Below, one piece after another: positions 50,168-59,800 of a DNA stretch of 64,000 nucleotides. The translations under genes and the position numbers were made by a program. Position 1 is the first letter of the stretch, and every line of letters begins with the position of its first letter. Origin of the DNA: Bacteroidota bacterium (lineage in GTDB: Bacteria; Bacteroidota; Bacteroidia; Bacteroidales; GCA-2748055); assembly GCA_043797815.1 (NCBI GenBank), contig JAZDPG010000063.1, positions 226,406 through 290,405 on the forward strand. The letters are read 5' to 3'. Under the pieces are notes generated by a model that was not told where the DNA came from, did no database searches, and saw only the letters and a program-made list of their open reading frames with translations.

Positions 50168-50254
50168 TAAATTCCTTGATTTTTCAGGGATCGTGCAACC
50201 ATTAGCCGTATTTTACCGTACAAAAATTGTTTTTCGAACACAAACCAAAACCGA

Positions 50255-50905
50255 ATGATCATGAGAAAACTGATTATAATTGTTGCAGCAGCTTTTCTGC
50301 TTGTGCCCTTTGCTGATGCACAGATGTTCAACATCGGGCTCAAAGCGGGCCTCGGATTATCAAACCTGAAATTCGATGATCTGACCGGGATAGGAAGCGG
50401 AAGCGATGTGTACCAGCTGGCTACGGGAGACAGGGTAGCGGCCTACCATGTGGGACTTCAGACCCGGATCACCATCGCCACCTTCTTTGTGCAGCCCGAG
50501 TTGTATTTCAATGATGGAGGCGGGACCATTAACACGATCGCTGCAAACGGAGCCAGTGAGCTGTTGAATGTGGATTTGAAAACGGTTAACCTTCCCCTCA
50601 TGCTGGGCGTGAAACTGGGACCGGCAAGGATCAATGTGGGCCCGGTTGGATCCTATGTACTGAAAGAGGAGTCCATCCCTCTTGAAATCGGCGGTGTCAT
50701 TGAGGATTATACCCTGTTTACAAGCGGGATGAGCTGGGGATTCCAGGCCGGCGTGGGAGTGGATGTGTCCAAAATCTCCCTGGATGTGCGCTATGAGGGA
50801 TCCCTGAGTGCGCTGGGTGACTCATTCACAGTGGGCGGTCAGACATTCAACCTGGATGCACGTCCCCGCCAGTGGGTCTTCTCCCTGGGGTTCTGGTTCA
50901 GGTAG
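50255..50905 (+). CDS. Outer-membrane beta-barrel (porin-family) protein
   Basis: Signal peptide (LIIIVAAAFLLVPFADAQ), an alternating-hydrophobic beta-strand pattern, and a C-terminal aromatic residue (…FSLGFWFR). Confidence 0.7.
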   Translation: MIMRKLIIIVAAAFLLVPFADAQMFNIGLKAGLGLSNLKFDDLTGIGSGSDVYQLATGDRVAAYHVGLQTRITIATFFVQPELYFNDGGGTINTIAANGASELLNVDLKTVNLPLMLGVKLGPARINVGPVGSYVLKEESIPLEIGGVIEDYTLFTSGMSWGFQAGVGVDVSKISLDVRYEGSLSALGDSFTVGGQTFNLDARPRQWVFSLGFWFR

Positions 50906-50985
50906 TTGAACCACGAAAACATAACAAAACTAACATTATAAGCATCCCTTAGAATTGAATAGAAAAAGACTTTTGAGATAGGGAA

Positions 50986-51405
50986 CTATTTGAAGATATC
51001 GGACTTGTATATCCCTTTGATGGTCCGTTTCCGGAGGATCAGAAAGAGGATGAAGTGGAGGACCAGAAAGCCGCTCCAGATCAGCAGGGTGATATGCACC
51101 ATGCGGATTGATTCTTGCCTGGCACCCAATCCCAGCAGGAACCAGGCTTCGGATACACCCCCCCATACAAGAAAGGTGGTCAGGCTCCACCGGAGGCCGG
51201 CATCAAACAGGAAATTCTCCATGCCGTCCCTCCGCCCGGTCATCCAGGCAGTGGCGAAGATGGCGGCCCCGTAAAAAAATGCAAGTACCCAAACCCAGGT
51301 ATATTTCTCAGCGTTTAGCAGGTCGCTCAATCCGAACCGGAAAAGCAGCGTATACACAAACAGCAGGCCGGCGAACAGCAGCAGGTTTTTTGATATGATT
51401 TTCAT
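50986..51405 (-). CDS. Four-TM membrane protein downstream of PadR
   Basis: 139 aa, hydrophobic. It lies 32 nt after a PadR-family regulator on the same strand. Confidence 0.45.
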   Translation of the reverse strand: MKIISKNLLLFAGLLFVYTLLFRFGLSDLLNAEKYTWVWVLAFFYGAAIFATAWMTGRRDGMENFLFDAGLRWSLTTFLVWGGVSEAWFLLGLGARQESIRMVHITLLIWSGFLVLHFILFLILRKRTIKGIYKSDIFK

Positions 51406-51437
51406 GGTATTTTGTTTTGCAGGTTAAATGATCCTTG

Positions 51438-51815
51438 TCAGGACAACAACAAAGCTTTCAGCGGTTCTTCAAAGAAGAGAAGGATGTTTCTTTCCACGAA
51501 AGAATTCAGGAGCGCCTCTCCCAGCGGGGTCAGCTGGTAGTATTTCCTGTCCGGTCCCTTGTACCCTTTTCCCGTACTGAAATCGACCATTTTCAGGTGA
51601 TAGAACTTGCGCAGGGTCCGGTAGAGGCTTTGTTCCTCCGCCCTGATGGTCCCCTTTGAAAAACGGTCGATGGATTCCTGAAGCCCGGTCACATACTTGG
51701 GACCCTCTTTCAGCGAGAGAAAGATCCAGAGGGTCAGCTGGCCTTTTTTATAGGTCTCCTCCCACGCTGCCAGCAGCTCTTCCTTCAATTGTTCATTCTC
51801 TTTCATAATATACAA
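51438..51815 (-). CDS. PadR family transcriptional regulator
   Basis: Winged-helix PadR pattern (…GPKYVTGLQESIDRFSKGTIRAEEQSLYRTLRKFYHLKMV…YYQLTPLGEALL). The start may be the ATG at 51806. Confidence 0.8.
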   Translation of the reverse strand: MYIMKENEQLKEELLAAWEETYKKGQLTLWIFLSLKEGPKYVTGLQESIDRFSKGTIRAEEQSLYRTLRKFYHLKMVDFSTGKGYKGPDRKYYQLTPLGEALLNSFVERNILLFFEEPLKALLLS

Positions 51816-51889
51816 TTAGTATTAAACAAGATGAATAATACAAATGTAATACTATTATATTGAGAATGTCAGGTATTTCGGGATTTTTT

Positions 51890-52684
51890 TTAGTGGCCGG
51901 TTTGCAGCTGCCGTCGTTCACGGAGCATTTTGAACCGTTTAAAACCCAGGCCATAGAGGTGATCCAGGTCAAAGTCGACCATCCCCTTCAATTTACGCGG
52001 ATGCAGTCTGTTGGAACACCAGTCGGAAGTAATACCCAGCTGAAGCATAAAGGTCAGGTATCTCCGGAGGGGTTGATAGGCGGCCAGTTTCTTGTTGGTT
52101 TCCGAGATCTTCCAGTAGCAGATCCTGTCGGGGCAGGTCAGTGCGCAGCCTGCATTCCCGAACAGGGTGATACGCTCTTTTTGAGCGATGGAAGCAAGGA
52201 AACCGGTTTTTTGGTTCAGGTTCATGGGCAGGATTACCGTATCGTACAGATCCAGGGCCCTGTCGATCTTTTCATGGGTATCGGTCTCTTTGAGAATGCT
52301 GGCTTCGATCTGGTAACCCGGAAAGTCCCGCCTGATCCACCGGGCCAGCTTGTCATCGGTACAGATGACAGAGTTCCCTTTTCGCTCATATTTTTCAAAA
52401 AAGGGGATGTGCTGCCTGTATTCCTCCCCGGATACCAGGTGATTGGTACAGGGGATGCGGACCCCGATACTGTTTTCATACATCCAGGCCGTATCAGCTT
52501 CGGACAGCTGCCTGGCCAGAAAGGGTCTTCCGCTGTAGAGGGTTGATGGTTCAAGGAATCCGAACACACTGTCCACCTGCCTTAAAGGGATGGTGGAGAA
52601 ATGGGTTTCCAGGAATTCCCCGATGGGCAGATGCTCTTTTTTTCCCCGGGCAGATATGGTAAATGTGATTTCCCTGTTGATCAT
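51890..52684 (-). CDS. Hypothetical protein with C-x3-C-x4-C cysteine cluster
   Basis: 264-aa ORF with good coding appearance. It contains GNAGCALTCPDRIC plus a later WC. The region loosely resembles the peptidase-U32 Cys signature, but I cannot assign a family. Confidence 0.4.
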   Translation of the reverse strand: MINREITFTISARGKKEHLPIGEFLETHFSTIPLRQVDSVFGFLEPSTLYSGRPFLARQLSEADTAWMYENSIGVRIPCTNHLVSGEEYRQHIPFFEKYERKGNSVICTDDKLARWIRRDFPGYQIEASILKETDTHEKIDRALDLYDTVILPMNLNQKTGFLASIAQKERITLFGNAGCALTCPDRICYWKISETNKKLAAYQPLRRYLTFMLQLGITSDWCSNRLHPRKLKGMVDFDLDHLYGLGFKRFKMLRERRQLQTGH

Positions 52685-52695
52685 GCACAGCCGGT

Positions 52696-53178
52696 TTACA
52701 GGATCCAGTGCTTGTCATGGGTGGTATAATCCAGGACCCTGACCCCCAGTTCCCGTCCCAGTTTGAGCGCTTCCTCCTTCATTTTTTCAAGGGATCCGCG
52801 GCAAACGGTAATAAACCGCATGTCGCCCTCCACCACCAGGTTGACCTTGAAGACTTTGGCCGCTTTCCCTGCCTCGGGCAAAATCATGGGATTGAACTGG
52901 TTTCGCTCGCTCGAAAGGTTGATCCGCACCAGGGTCACATAGCTGGGTTTGGGAAGCTTCTCCCACCGGCCGATGCGGAATTTTACAAAACGGTCGTACC
53001 TGATGAAGCGCTGTCTGACCCCGTCAATGCGGATCCCTGTGTAGGACCAGGTAAGCAGCGCCCCCAGGGCCAGGGAGATGATGGCGCCAATGTATTCATT
53101 GTAAGCCAGGAAAGCGATGACCATGATTCCGAGCAGAAGGGTGATGATCCTGAAATTGTATCGCTCGTAGGTATACAT
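52696..53178 (-). CDS. Hypothetical two-TM membrane protein
   Basis: The ATG at 53178 (MYTYERYNFRIITLLLGIMVIAFLA…) is preferred. The longer track ORF (to 53478) would overlap the divergent CPBP gene. 11-nt gap to the downstream hypothetical gene. Confidence 0.45.
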   Translation of the reverse strand: MYTYERYNFRIITLLLGIMVIAFLAYNEYIGAIISLALGALLTWSYTGIRIDGVRQRFIRYDRFVKFRIGRWEKLPKPSYVTLVRINLSSERNQFNPMILPEAGKAAKVFKVNLVVEGDMRFITVCRGSLEKMKEEALKLGRELGVRVLDYTTHDKHWIL

Positions 53179-53230
53179 GTCTTGTCCGGTGTATGCCAAA
53201 CAAGTTAAGAAACTTTGGCTTATCTTTAAA

Positions 53231-53884
53231 ATGAGACATTCCTCACCGATGGGTAGAAAGCTGATCCGGATCCTTGAGTTTGTAATCCTCTTTTTCGGGA
53301 TCCCCTTGCTCATATACCTGGACAAGGGCTTCATCCATCCCAGCATGATCATCCTGCCGGTACTGGCATTTATTTTCATTGTGCTGCGGCGCACCACCGA
53401 TTTCCAGTGGAAGGAGCTGACGCGGTGGGGTATCTCACGCCGCACCATGGTAAAAAACGGGATCATCGCACTCATCACGCTTTTGCTGATGCTGGGCTAT
53501 GTCCTCATTTTTGAAAGGGAACATCTCTTCGACCTGCCCCGGGCCCATCCATGGATCTACCTGGCCATGTGTCTTTTTTACCCGGTCTTCTCAGCCTACG
53601 GACAGGAGGTGATCTACCGCACCTTTCTATTCAGGCGCTACGGGAAGCTGTTCGGATCCGGCTGGCCCACCATCCTGGCATCGGGGATCACCTTCTCATT
53701 TTTGCACATTGTATACTATGATCCGGTCTCCATCATTCTTACCTTTACAGGCGGCATCTATTTTGCACAGGTGTACAGGCAAACCCGCAGTGTGCTTTTT
53801 ACAGCCGCGCTGCACGGGGTCATGGGGATTATTTTGTTCGGGGTGGGACTGGGAAGGTACTTCTGGCTGGACATGCCGGTGTAG
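53231..53884 (+). CDS. CPBP-family intramembrane glutamic endopeptidase (CAAX protease-like)
   Basis: Polytopic membrane protein with motif 1 (GQEVIYR, the EExxxR type) and motif 2 (FSFLH, the FxxxH type), plus a later ALHG. The ATG at 53231 is preferred. Confidence 0.7.
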   Translation: MRHSSPMGRKLIRILEFVILFFGIPLLIYLDKGFIHPSMIILPVLAFIFIVLRRTTDFQWKELTRWGISRRTMVKNGIIALITLLLMLGYVLIFEREHLFDLPRAHPWIYLAMCLFYPVFSAYGQEVIYRTFLFRRYGKLFGSGWPTILASGITFSFLHIVYYDPVSIILTFTGGIYFAQVYRQTRSVLFTAALHGVMGIILFGVGLGRYFWLDMPV

Positions 53885-53993
53885 TTGCCAGCAAATGCTG
53901 GCAGAAAGGGGTTCGCAAAGCGAACGTTATTGGGATAGTAGCTTGCTTCGCAAGCGATGGTTAGGAAAAAGGTAAAACATAAAGGGAATAAAG

Positions 53994-54824
53994 ATGAGGA
54001 AAATATTTACAGTGTTTGTATGCTTGCTGGCCGTTGGAGCCTTGGCCGGCGAGCCGGTGGAACTGATCACCTATAACATCAGGCTGAATATCCCGGTGGA
54101 CGGGGAACATGCCTGGCCCCACCGGAAAGCCGGTGTGATCAGTCTGCTCCGCTTTCACCGGGCCGATATTTTCTGCGTTCAGGAAGCACTGCCGGACCAG
54201 GTGGATGACCTGGCGGCAGCATTCCCCGTTTTTTCCTTTGAAGGGATTGGACGGGATGACGGGAAGCGGGCGGGGGAGTTCTCGGCCGTATTTTACAATC
54301 ACCTGCGGTTCAAAAAACTGGACGGGGGGACTTTCTGGCTCTCCGAAACACCCGGGGAGCCCAGCTATGGATGGGATGCGGCCTACAGGAGGGTCTGCTC
54401 CTGGGTAAAACTGGAGGAGCTTTCGGGAGGAAGGATCCTGCATGTGTTCAACACCCATTTTGATAACGAGGGCGTGGAAGCCCGGAAAAATTCCGCATCG
54501 CTGATCCTGCAAAAAATAGGGGAGATCACAGGCGGGGAAGGGGCGGTGGTGCTCTGCGGCGATTTCAACCTTCCCCCCGAATCGGAGCCCATCGGGCTGA
54601 TCCGGGAAATTCTTCATGATGCCTTTGAGGTCAGCCGGCTGCCGCCCCATGGTTCGGTGGCCACTTTCCATGGATTCACCTATGATGATCCGCCCAAACT
54701 CCGGATCGATTATGTGTTTGTTTCGGACGGGGTAAGGGTTCAGCGCTACGGGGCGCTCACCGATTCCCGCGACCGCGCCTTCTTTTCCGACCACCTGCCG
54801 GTGCTGGTCACCCTCGAATTTTAA
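53994..54824 (+). CDS. Endonuclease/exonuclease/phosphatase (EEP) family protein, secreted
   Basis: Signal peptide. N-terminal ITYNIR, internal …FNTHFDN…, and C-terminal …IDYVFVS…SDHLPV motifs are characteristic of the EEP fold. Confidence 0.8.
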   Translation: MRKIFTVFVCLLAVGALAGEPVELITYNIRLNIPVDGEHAWPHRKAGVISLLRFHRADIFCVQEALPDQVDDLAAAFPVFSFEGIGRDDGKRAGEFSAVFYNHLRFKKLDGGTFWLSETPGEPSYGWDAAYRRVCSWVKLEELSGGRILHVFNTHFDNEGVEARKNSASLILQKIGEITGGEGAVVLCGDFNLPPESEPIGLIREILHDAFEVSRLPPHGSVATFHGFTYDDPPKLRIDYVFVSDGVRVQRYGALTDSRDRAFFSDHLPVLVTLEF

Positions 54825-54948
54825 TACAGCCAGCGGTTCCGTTCGTCAAGCGATTCATTCCCCCGGTGGAATAAGGTAAACCCGGGAGGGGACTTCCCGT
54901 ACATGCTTAAGGTTTCACACCTGTAAGATGACCCTAAAGAAGTATACA

Positions 54949-55737
54949 ATGAATCCAGTCCGCGTTCTCATTCCGTTTTTTATCCTTCTCCTTCTCTGCT
55001 CATGCGAAACTTTCCAGGAAGAGGAGGCCATCGTATGTCTTCCGCAGAATATGTCTGCCACGATTGTACAGGGCTCCAATACCACCAAGATCATTGCCGA
55101 TTATTATTACCTGCCCGGGACCGGTCAGCTGGACCACATTACCTGGAGCAACCACCAGACCCATTCCTTTGAATACAATGAGGCAGCGGAGCTGGTGGTG
55201 GTGCGCCAGATGAAGGTGAAGGAGAAGGTGCAGGATGAGATGTGGTTTGAATACGACGGCGCCCTGGTCTCCAAAGTGATCCTGGTGAAAAAGAATTTGG
55301 ATTATACCTACCTGGAACCCGTCGACTCGGCCTATACGGGACACATTGACCTGGAATATGAGGGCAGCCTGATTGTCCGCGAGCTCCGTTACGGGATGGC
55401 TGTTGAAGGAGGCAGTGAGAGGATGATCTCATCAACGGAATACGGGTATGACGACCTGGGGAACATCCTGAGCAGCACCATCTCCTATGAAGAGGACGGG
55501 AAAACCGAGACCGTGCAGATGACCTACGATTCGGGCAACCATCCTTTCTCAGGGCTCCGGACCTATTTTAGCGGGGAATCCTTTGTGAACAACCAGCTGA
55601 CCAAATCCTCCGGGTTTGGCAATACGGAATATCAGTACGACATCCGCTACAATGCCCGGGAATATCCGGAAACCATTTACGAAAAGCTGGGAAGCACCCA
55701 TACACGCATTATCAAATATACCTACCTGTACCAGTAG
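54949..55737 (+). CDS. Hypothetical lipoprotein with YD-repeat-like beta-hairpin repeats
   Basis: The ATG at 54949 gives a lipoprotein signal (MNPVRVLIPFFILLLLCSC). The body carries reiterated xEYxxxxxLV / YGYDDLGNIL / MTYDSGNHPF segments resembling YD repeats. Confidence 0.5.
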   Translation: MNPVRVLIPFFILLLLCSCETFQEEEAIVCLPQNMSATIVQGSNTTKIIADYYYLPGTGQLDHITWSNHQTHSFEYNEAAELVVVRQMKVKEKVQDEMWFEYDGALVSKVILVKKNLDYTYLEPVDSAYTGHIDLEYEGSLIVRELRYGMAVEGGSERMISSTEYGYDDLGNILSSTISYEEDGKTETVQMTYDSGNHPFSGLRTYFSGESFVNNQLTKSSGFGNTEYQYDIRYNAREYPETIYEKLGSTHTRIIKYTYLYQ

Positions 55738-55752
55738 AAGACACAGGTTTTC

Positions 55753-55923
55753 TTACTCACGGGCTGTATACAGCTTCATACATTCGGGACAGATGCAGTC
55801 TGTATAGAGCCCTAAAATCTCCAGCATCTGCACCTTGTGGATCTGCACCTTTTCGCACCAGCAGTCCCTGTCCCCCTCGCACCTGAATTTGGCCCCGCAC
55901 CTCGGGCATATCTTTTCACGCAT
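55753..55923 (-). CDS. Cysteine-rich CWC-family small protein (56 aa; absent from the ORF track)
   Basis: My own translation of the minus strand: MREKICPRCGAKFRCEGDRDCWCEKVQIHKVQMLEILGLYTDCICPECMKLYTARE*. It has a CPRCG knuckle, a CWC motif and CxCPEC. Its ATG overlaps the folB stop (ATGCGTGA). Confidence 0.6.
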   Translation of the reverse strand: MREKICPRCGAKFRCEGDRDCWCEKVQIHKVQMLEILGLYTDCICPECMKLYTARE

Positions 55924-56278
55924 GGCTACGGCTCATGGTTACACCAACAGAGCGGATGGAGCCGCCCATGGGAGGGTGCATCTTACGGACCCGTACCGTG
56001 GCCTTTTCGATCCCCTCCATCTCGGCAAACAGTGCATCGAGGATCCGCTTGCCAATATTTTCCAGAAGGTTTGACTTTTTCCGCCGCATCTCATTTTTGA
56101 TGAGCTGGTAGGCTTTCTGGTAGTTCACGGCGTCCTCCAGCCGGTCGGACTCAGCCGGTGCCGCCATGTTGGTTTCCAGCTCCAGGTCCACCAGGAACCT
56201 GTTGCCCACGATCTGTTCTTCCTGGTAGTGGCCGTGGAATGCGTAGAATTCCATCTCTTCGATAATGATTTTGCCCAT
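55916..56278 (-). CDS. folB: Dihydroneopterin aldolase
   Basis: 120 aa. MGKIIIEEMEFYAFHGHYQEEQIVGNRFLVDLEL… is the typical FolB N-terminus. Confidence 0.85.
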   Translation of the reverse strand: MGKIIIEEMEFYAFHGHYQEEQIVGNRFLVDLELETNMAAPAESDRLEDAVNYQKAYQLIKNEMRRKKSNLLENIGKRILDALFAEMEGIEKATVRVRKMHPPMGGSIRSVGVTMSRSHA

Positions 56279-56347
56279 ATGCGGATGCCCCGGATGAATG
56301 TGTATTTGCCTTTACAAATTTACTAATTTTGTGACGCCTTTTAAAAC

Positions 56348-58042
56348 ATGACAATGACCGAGAAAAACCAAGTGTCCAGCGAAAAGAAAAGCCTCAATTT
56401 TATCGAGGCCATCGTGGAAGAAGACCTGCGTACCGGAAGGGACCAGGGAAGGATCCATACACGCTTCCCGCCCGAGCCCAACGGTTACCTGCACATAGGG
56501 CACGGGAAGGCCATTTGCATGGACTTCGGGATTGCTGAAAAATACGGCGGGAAGTGCAACCTCCGCTTCGACGATACCAATCCCACCAAAGAGGATGTGG
56601 AGTATGTGGACTCCATCAAGGAGGACATCCGCTGGCTGGGATTTGACTGGGAAGACAGGGAGTATTATGCATCCGACTATTTTGGAAGGCTCTTTGAATT
56701 TGCCAGGGCGCTGATCCGCAAAGGGCTGGCCTATGTGGATGACCAGTCCTCGGAGGAGATCGCCAGTCAGAAAGGAAGCCCCACCGTACCGGGAACCCCC
56801 AGTCCGTTCAGAAACCGCCCGGTGGAAGAGAACCTGGACCTGTTTGAGCGCATGAATGCCGGGGAGTTCCCCGAGGGGTCCCGGGTGCTCAGGGCCAGGA
56901 TCGATATGGCCTCCCCCAACATGCACATGCGCGACCCGGTGATCTACCGGATCATCTTTCACCCGCACCACCGCACCGGCGACACCTGGAAGGTCTATCC
57001 CATGTATGATTTCGCCCACGGGCAGTGCGACTATTTCGAAGGGGTTACCCATTCGCTCTGCACCCTGGAGTTCGAGGTACACCGACCGTTGTATGACTGG
57101 CTTGTGGAACACCTCAGGGAGAACGATTACAGGCCCCGGCAAACCGAATTCAACCGGCTGAACCTGACCTATACCGTACTCAGCAAACGGGTATTGCTCA
57201 ACCTGGTCAAAGAGGGGCATGTGAAGGGCTGGGATGATCCGCGGATGCCCACCCTGAGCGGGATGCGAAGAAGGGGTTACACCCCCGAATCGATCCGGAA
57301 CTTCAATGACAGCATCGGCTATACCAAGGTGATGGCCCAGAACGATGTGGGACTGCTGGAATTTGCCGTCAGGGAAGACCTGAACAAAAAGGCCCCCAGG
57401 GTAATGGCGGTTCTGAATCCCCTGAAGGTGATTATCACCAACTACCCGAAAGACCTGTGCGAGGAGATGGAGACCATCAACAACCCGGAGGATCCGTCCA
57501 TGGGCAGCCGCACCATTCCGTTCTCCAGGGAGATCTATATTGAGCGGGAGGACTTCATGGAAGACCCCCCCAGGAAATTCTTCCGCCTGGGCCCGGGACG
57601 CGAGGTGAGGCTCAAGTCGGCCTACATCATCCAGTGCCAGGGTGTCAGGAAGAATGAGAAGGGGGAGATCATGGAGATTCATTGCATCTATGACGAAGCC
57701 TCCCGCAGCGGCGGGCCGGAGGCGGACCGGAAGGTGAAGGGAACCCTCCACTGGGTATCGGCCCGGCATGCGGTGGAGGCCGAGGTAAGGTTGTACGACC
57801 GGCTTTTCACCGACCCCGACCCCGCGGGCCACAAAGACAAATCCCCGGTGGATTTCCTGAATCCGGACTCCCTGAAGGTGATCACTGCTTACGTGGAGCC
57901 CTCCTTAAAGAAAGCCAAACCTTTGGAACAGTTCCAGTTCCAGCGGCTGGGCTATTTCAATGTGGATCCCGACTCAAGTCCCGGAAAGCTGGTATTCAAC
58001 CGCACGGTGACCCTGAGGGACAACTGGGAGAATAAGGGATAG
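56348..58042 (+). CDS. glnS: Glutamine--tRNA ligase
   Basis: 564 aa. HIGH motif ([10 protein letters not shown]), KMSKS-like VLSKR, and a GlnRS-type C-terminal anticodon-binding beta-barrel region. Confidence 0.95.
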   Translation: MTMTEKNQVSSEKKSLNFIEAIVEEDLRTGRDQGRIHTRFPPEPNGYLHIGHGKAICMDFGIAEKYGGKCNLRFDDTNPTKEDVEYVDSIKEDIRWLGFDWEDREYYASDYFGRLFEFARALIRKGLAYVDDQSSEEIASQKGSPTVPGTPSPFRNRPVEENLDLFERMNAGEFPEGSRVLRARIDMASPNMHMRDPVIYRIIFHPHHRTGDTWKVYPMYDFAHGQCDYFEGVTHSLCTLEFEVHRPLYDWLVEHLRENDYRPRQTEFNRLNLTYTVLSKRVLLNLVKEGHVKGWDDPRMPTLSGMRRRGYTPESIRNFNDSIGYTKVMAQNDVGLLEFAVREDLNKKAPRVMAVLNPLKVIITNYPKDLCEEMETINNPEDPSMGSRTIPFSREIYIEREDFMEDPPRKFFRLGPGREVRLKSAYIIQCQGVRKNEKGEIMEIHCIYDEASRSGGPEADRKVKGTLHWVSARHAVEAEVRLYDRLFTDPDPAGHKDKSPVDFLNPDSLKVITAYVEPSLKKAKPLEQFQFQRLGYFNVDPDSSPGKLVFNRTVTLRDNWENKG

Positions 58043-58055
58043 CAGAAATCGACTC

Positions 58056-58880
58056 CTACCCCTTGTGATTGTAGAGGTGAACGTCCTGCTGGGGGAAGGG
58101 GATGGAGATCCCGGCTGCGTCGAAATTCTTCTTGACGCCTTCGGTGATATCGAAAAACAGGCCCCAGTAATCTTCCGACTTCACCCAGGTCCTCAGCTTC
58201 AGGTTCACGGAGCTGTCGCCCAGCGCCTCCACCATCACCTCGGGAGGATTCTCCTCTTTCAGTACCCGCCCGTCTTTTTGCGCCATCTCCAGAAGGATTT
58301 TCTTGGCCTTATCAATGTCGTCGGAGTAACTGATCCCGAAAGAGAAATCGATCCGGCGCGTAGGCATGGCCGAGAAATTGGTGATCGAGCCGGTGGCCAG
58401 GGGAGAATTGGGGATAATTACCTTCCGGTTGTCGGGAGTTGTCAGAATGGTGGTAAAGATCTGGATCTCCATCACGGTTCCCATAAAGCCCTGTGCTTCG
58501 ATGAAATGGCCCACCTCGTAGGGCTTGAACAGCAGGATCATCACGCCCCCGGCGAAGTTCTGGAGGGTGCCCTGCAGGGCCAGGCCGACGGCCAGACCGG
58601 CAGCACCGAGCACGGCTATAAAGGAGGTCATCTGGATCCCCACCATGCCCATGACACTGATCACCAGCATCACCTTCAGCAGGATGTTGGTCATCGACCT
58701 CAGGAACGGGATCAGTGATGCATTTACATTTGATTTTTTCATGAGGCGTACCATGGCCCTGGTGATCCACCTGATCACGATCAGACCAACGATCAGGACC
58801 ACCAGCGCAAGGACGAATTTCATGCCATAGCGGATAAACAGGGCATACATTCTTTCGAGAATTTCCTGGAATTTTTCCAT
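58056..58880 (-). CDS. mscS: Mechanosensitive ion channel (MscS family)
   Basis: 274 aa. Three N-terminal TM helices, then the conserved MscS beta-domain (…FKPYEVGHFIEAQGFMGTVMEIQIFTTILTTPDNRKVIIPNS…). Confidence 0.85.
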   Translation of the reverse strand: MEKFQEILERMYALFIRYGMKFVLALVVLIVGLIVIRWITRAMVRLMKKSNVNASLIPFLRSMTNILLKVMLVISVMGMVGIQMTSFIAVLGAAGLAVGLALQGTLQNFAGGVMILLFKPYEVGHFIEAQGFMGTVMEIQIFTTILTTPDNRKVIIPNSPLATGSITNFSAMPTRRIDFSFGISYSDDIDKAKKILLEMAQKDGRVLKEENPPEVMVEALGDSSVNLKLRTWVKSEDYWGLFFDITEGVKKNFDAAGISIPFPQQDVHLYNHKG

Positions 58881-59262
58881 TGTGCAGATGTTTTAATGTT
58901 ATTTCTATGGGGTTATACCCGAAAAGTACAAAAAAAAAGAGAGGGCGCCTCAAACAAGCATCCCTTAGAAAGAAGAAGAAGGTAAGCCTTTCGGGACACC
59001 CTGTTCCTCATGGGGATATCCAGGAGGAAGCAGATGCCATCAAGACCTGTGACGCAGCCTCAAGATTGACCAAATCGCCAACGATTTGTTAATAATTGAC
59101 GTATAGCCTAATTTTATAACAAAACACATCCTACCCTGAATGCATTGATAAGGAATGTAAAGACAAGAAGCGACTACGGCGTCTAAATATCATTCTTATG
59201 AACACAAGTACAGAAAAACTATACTATATTTACAAATACTTCAAGTAATATCAGCTTTATTT

Positions 59263-59547
59263 ATGCCTAATATTTCCGTAAAAAGCGTCATATCCCGCGA
59301 GATGGTCGGTAAATACGAACGTAACGAAGCCGTCCCTTCGATCAAAGCAGCAAAGAAAATTGCAGATACCTTCGGCGTTTCTCTGGATTATCTGGTGGGA
59401 GAAGGCATTAATGCCCATTTTGATAAAAAAACAGTGCAGAGGATACAAGATCTGGAACTGCTCGAAGAAGACAAAAAGAAGACCCTCTTTGATTTGATGG
59501 ATACATATATCCGGGATGCCAAAACAAGACAGGCGTATTCGGCCTGA
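59263..59547 (+). CDS. XRE-type HTH protein, N-terminally short
   Basis: It aligns by eye with the recognition helix and later parts of HTH_3 domains (…VISREMVGKYERNEAVPSIKAAKKIADTFGVSLDYL). The frame is open upstream only to 59161 and has no ATG/GTG/TTG, so helix 1 appears to be missing. This is the first gene of the AT-rich block. Confidence 0.5.
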   Translation: MPNISVKSVISREMVGKYERNEAVPSIKAAKKIADTFGVSLDYLVGEGINAHFDKKTVQRIQDLELLEEDKKKTLFDLMDTYIRDAKTRQAYSA

Positions 59548-59553
59548 CAACCC

Positions 59554-59799
59554 ATGCAGAAATTAAAGTTTACAAATTATTTTCTGCATACCAGGCAACG
59601 GCCCGACAGAGAGAATATTAAAATGGAGTGGATTGAACAGGTGTACCGGTTCCCCGAACATCAGGTAATTCAGTCCGACGGAAGAAAAAGATTGTGGGGA
59701 TATATTAAAGAAGTCGATAAGTATTTACGCGTCGTGGTACTGGAAGACCATCAAACGATACACAACGCTTTCTTTGACAGGGATTACAAAAAAGACTGA
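59554..59799 (+). CDS. DUF4258-like protein (putative toxin component)
   Basis: 81 aa. The pattern …RPDRENIKMEWIEQVYRFPEHQVIQSDGRKRLWGYI…YLRVVVLED…IHNAFFDR resembles DUF4258. Paired with a DUF2283-like gene 1 nt downstream. Confidence 0.5.
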   Translation: MQKLKFTNYFLHTRQRPDRENIKMEWIEQVYRFPEHQVIQSDGRKRLWGYIKEVDKYLRVVVLEDHQTIHNAFFDRDYKKD

Positions 59800-59800
59800 T

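Noticed and set aside
50940-50954. 15-mer AAGCATCCCTTAGAA repeated at 50940-50954 and 58956-58970 (possible att-like direct repeat at the island edge)
   Set aside because: A single exact 15-mer pair is about what chance gives in 64 kb on two strands. The similarity does not extend into the flanks, and the first copy is not at any compositional boundary.
56312-57832. 506-aa minus-strand ORF opposite glnS
   Set aside because: It is antisense to a GlnRS gene with HIGH/KMSKS motifs. The composition (G/P/V/H-rich) is typical of a shadow ORF in GC-rich coding DNA.
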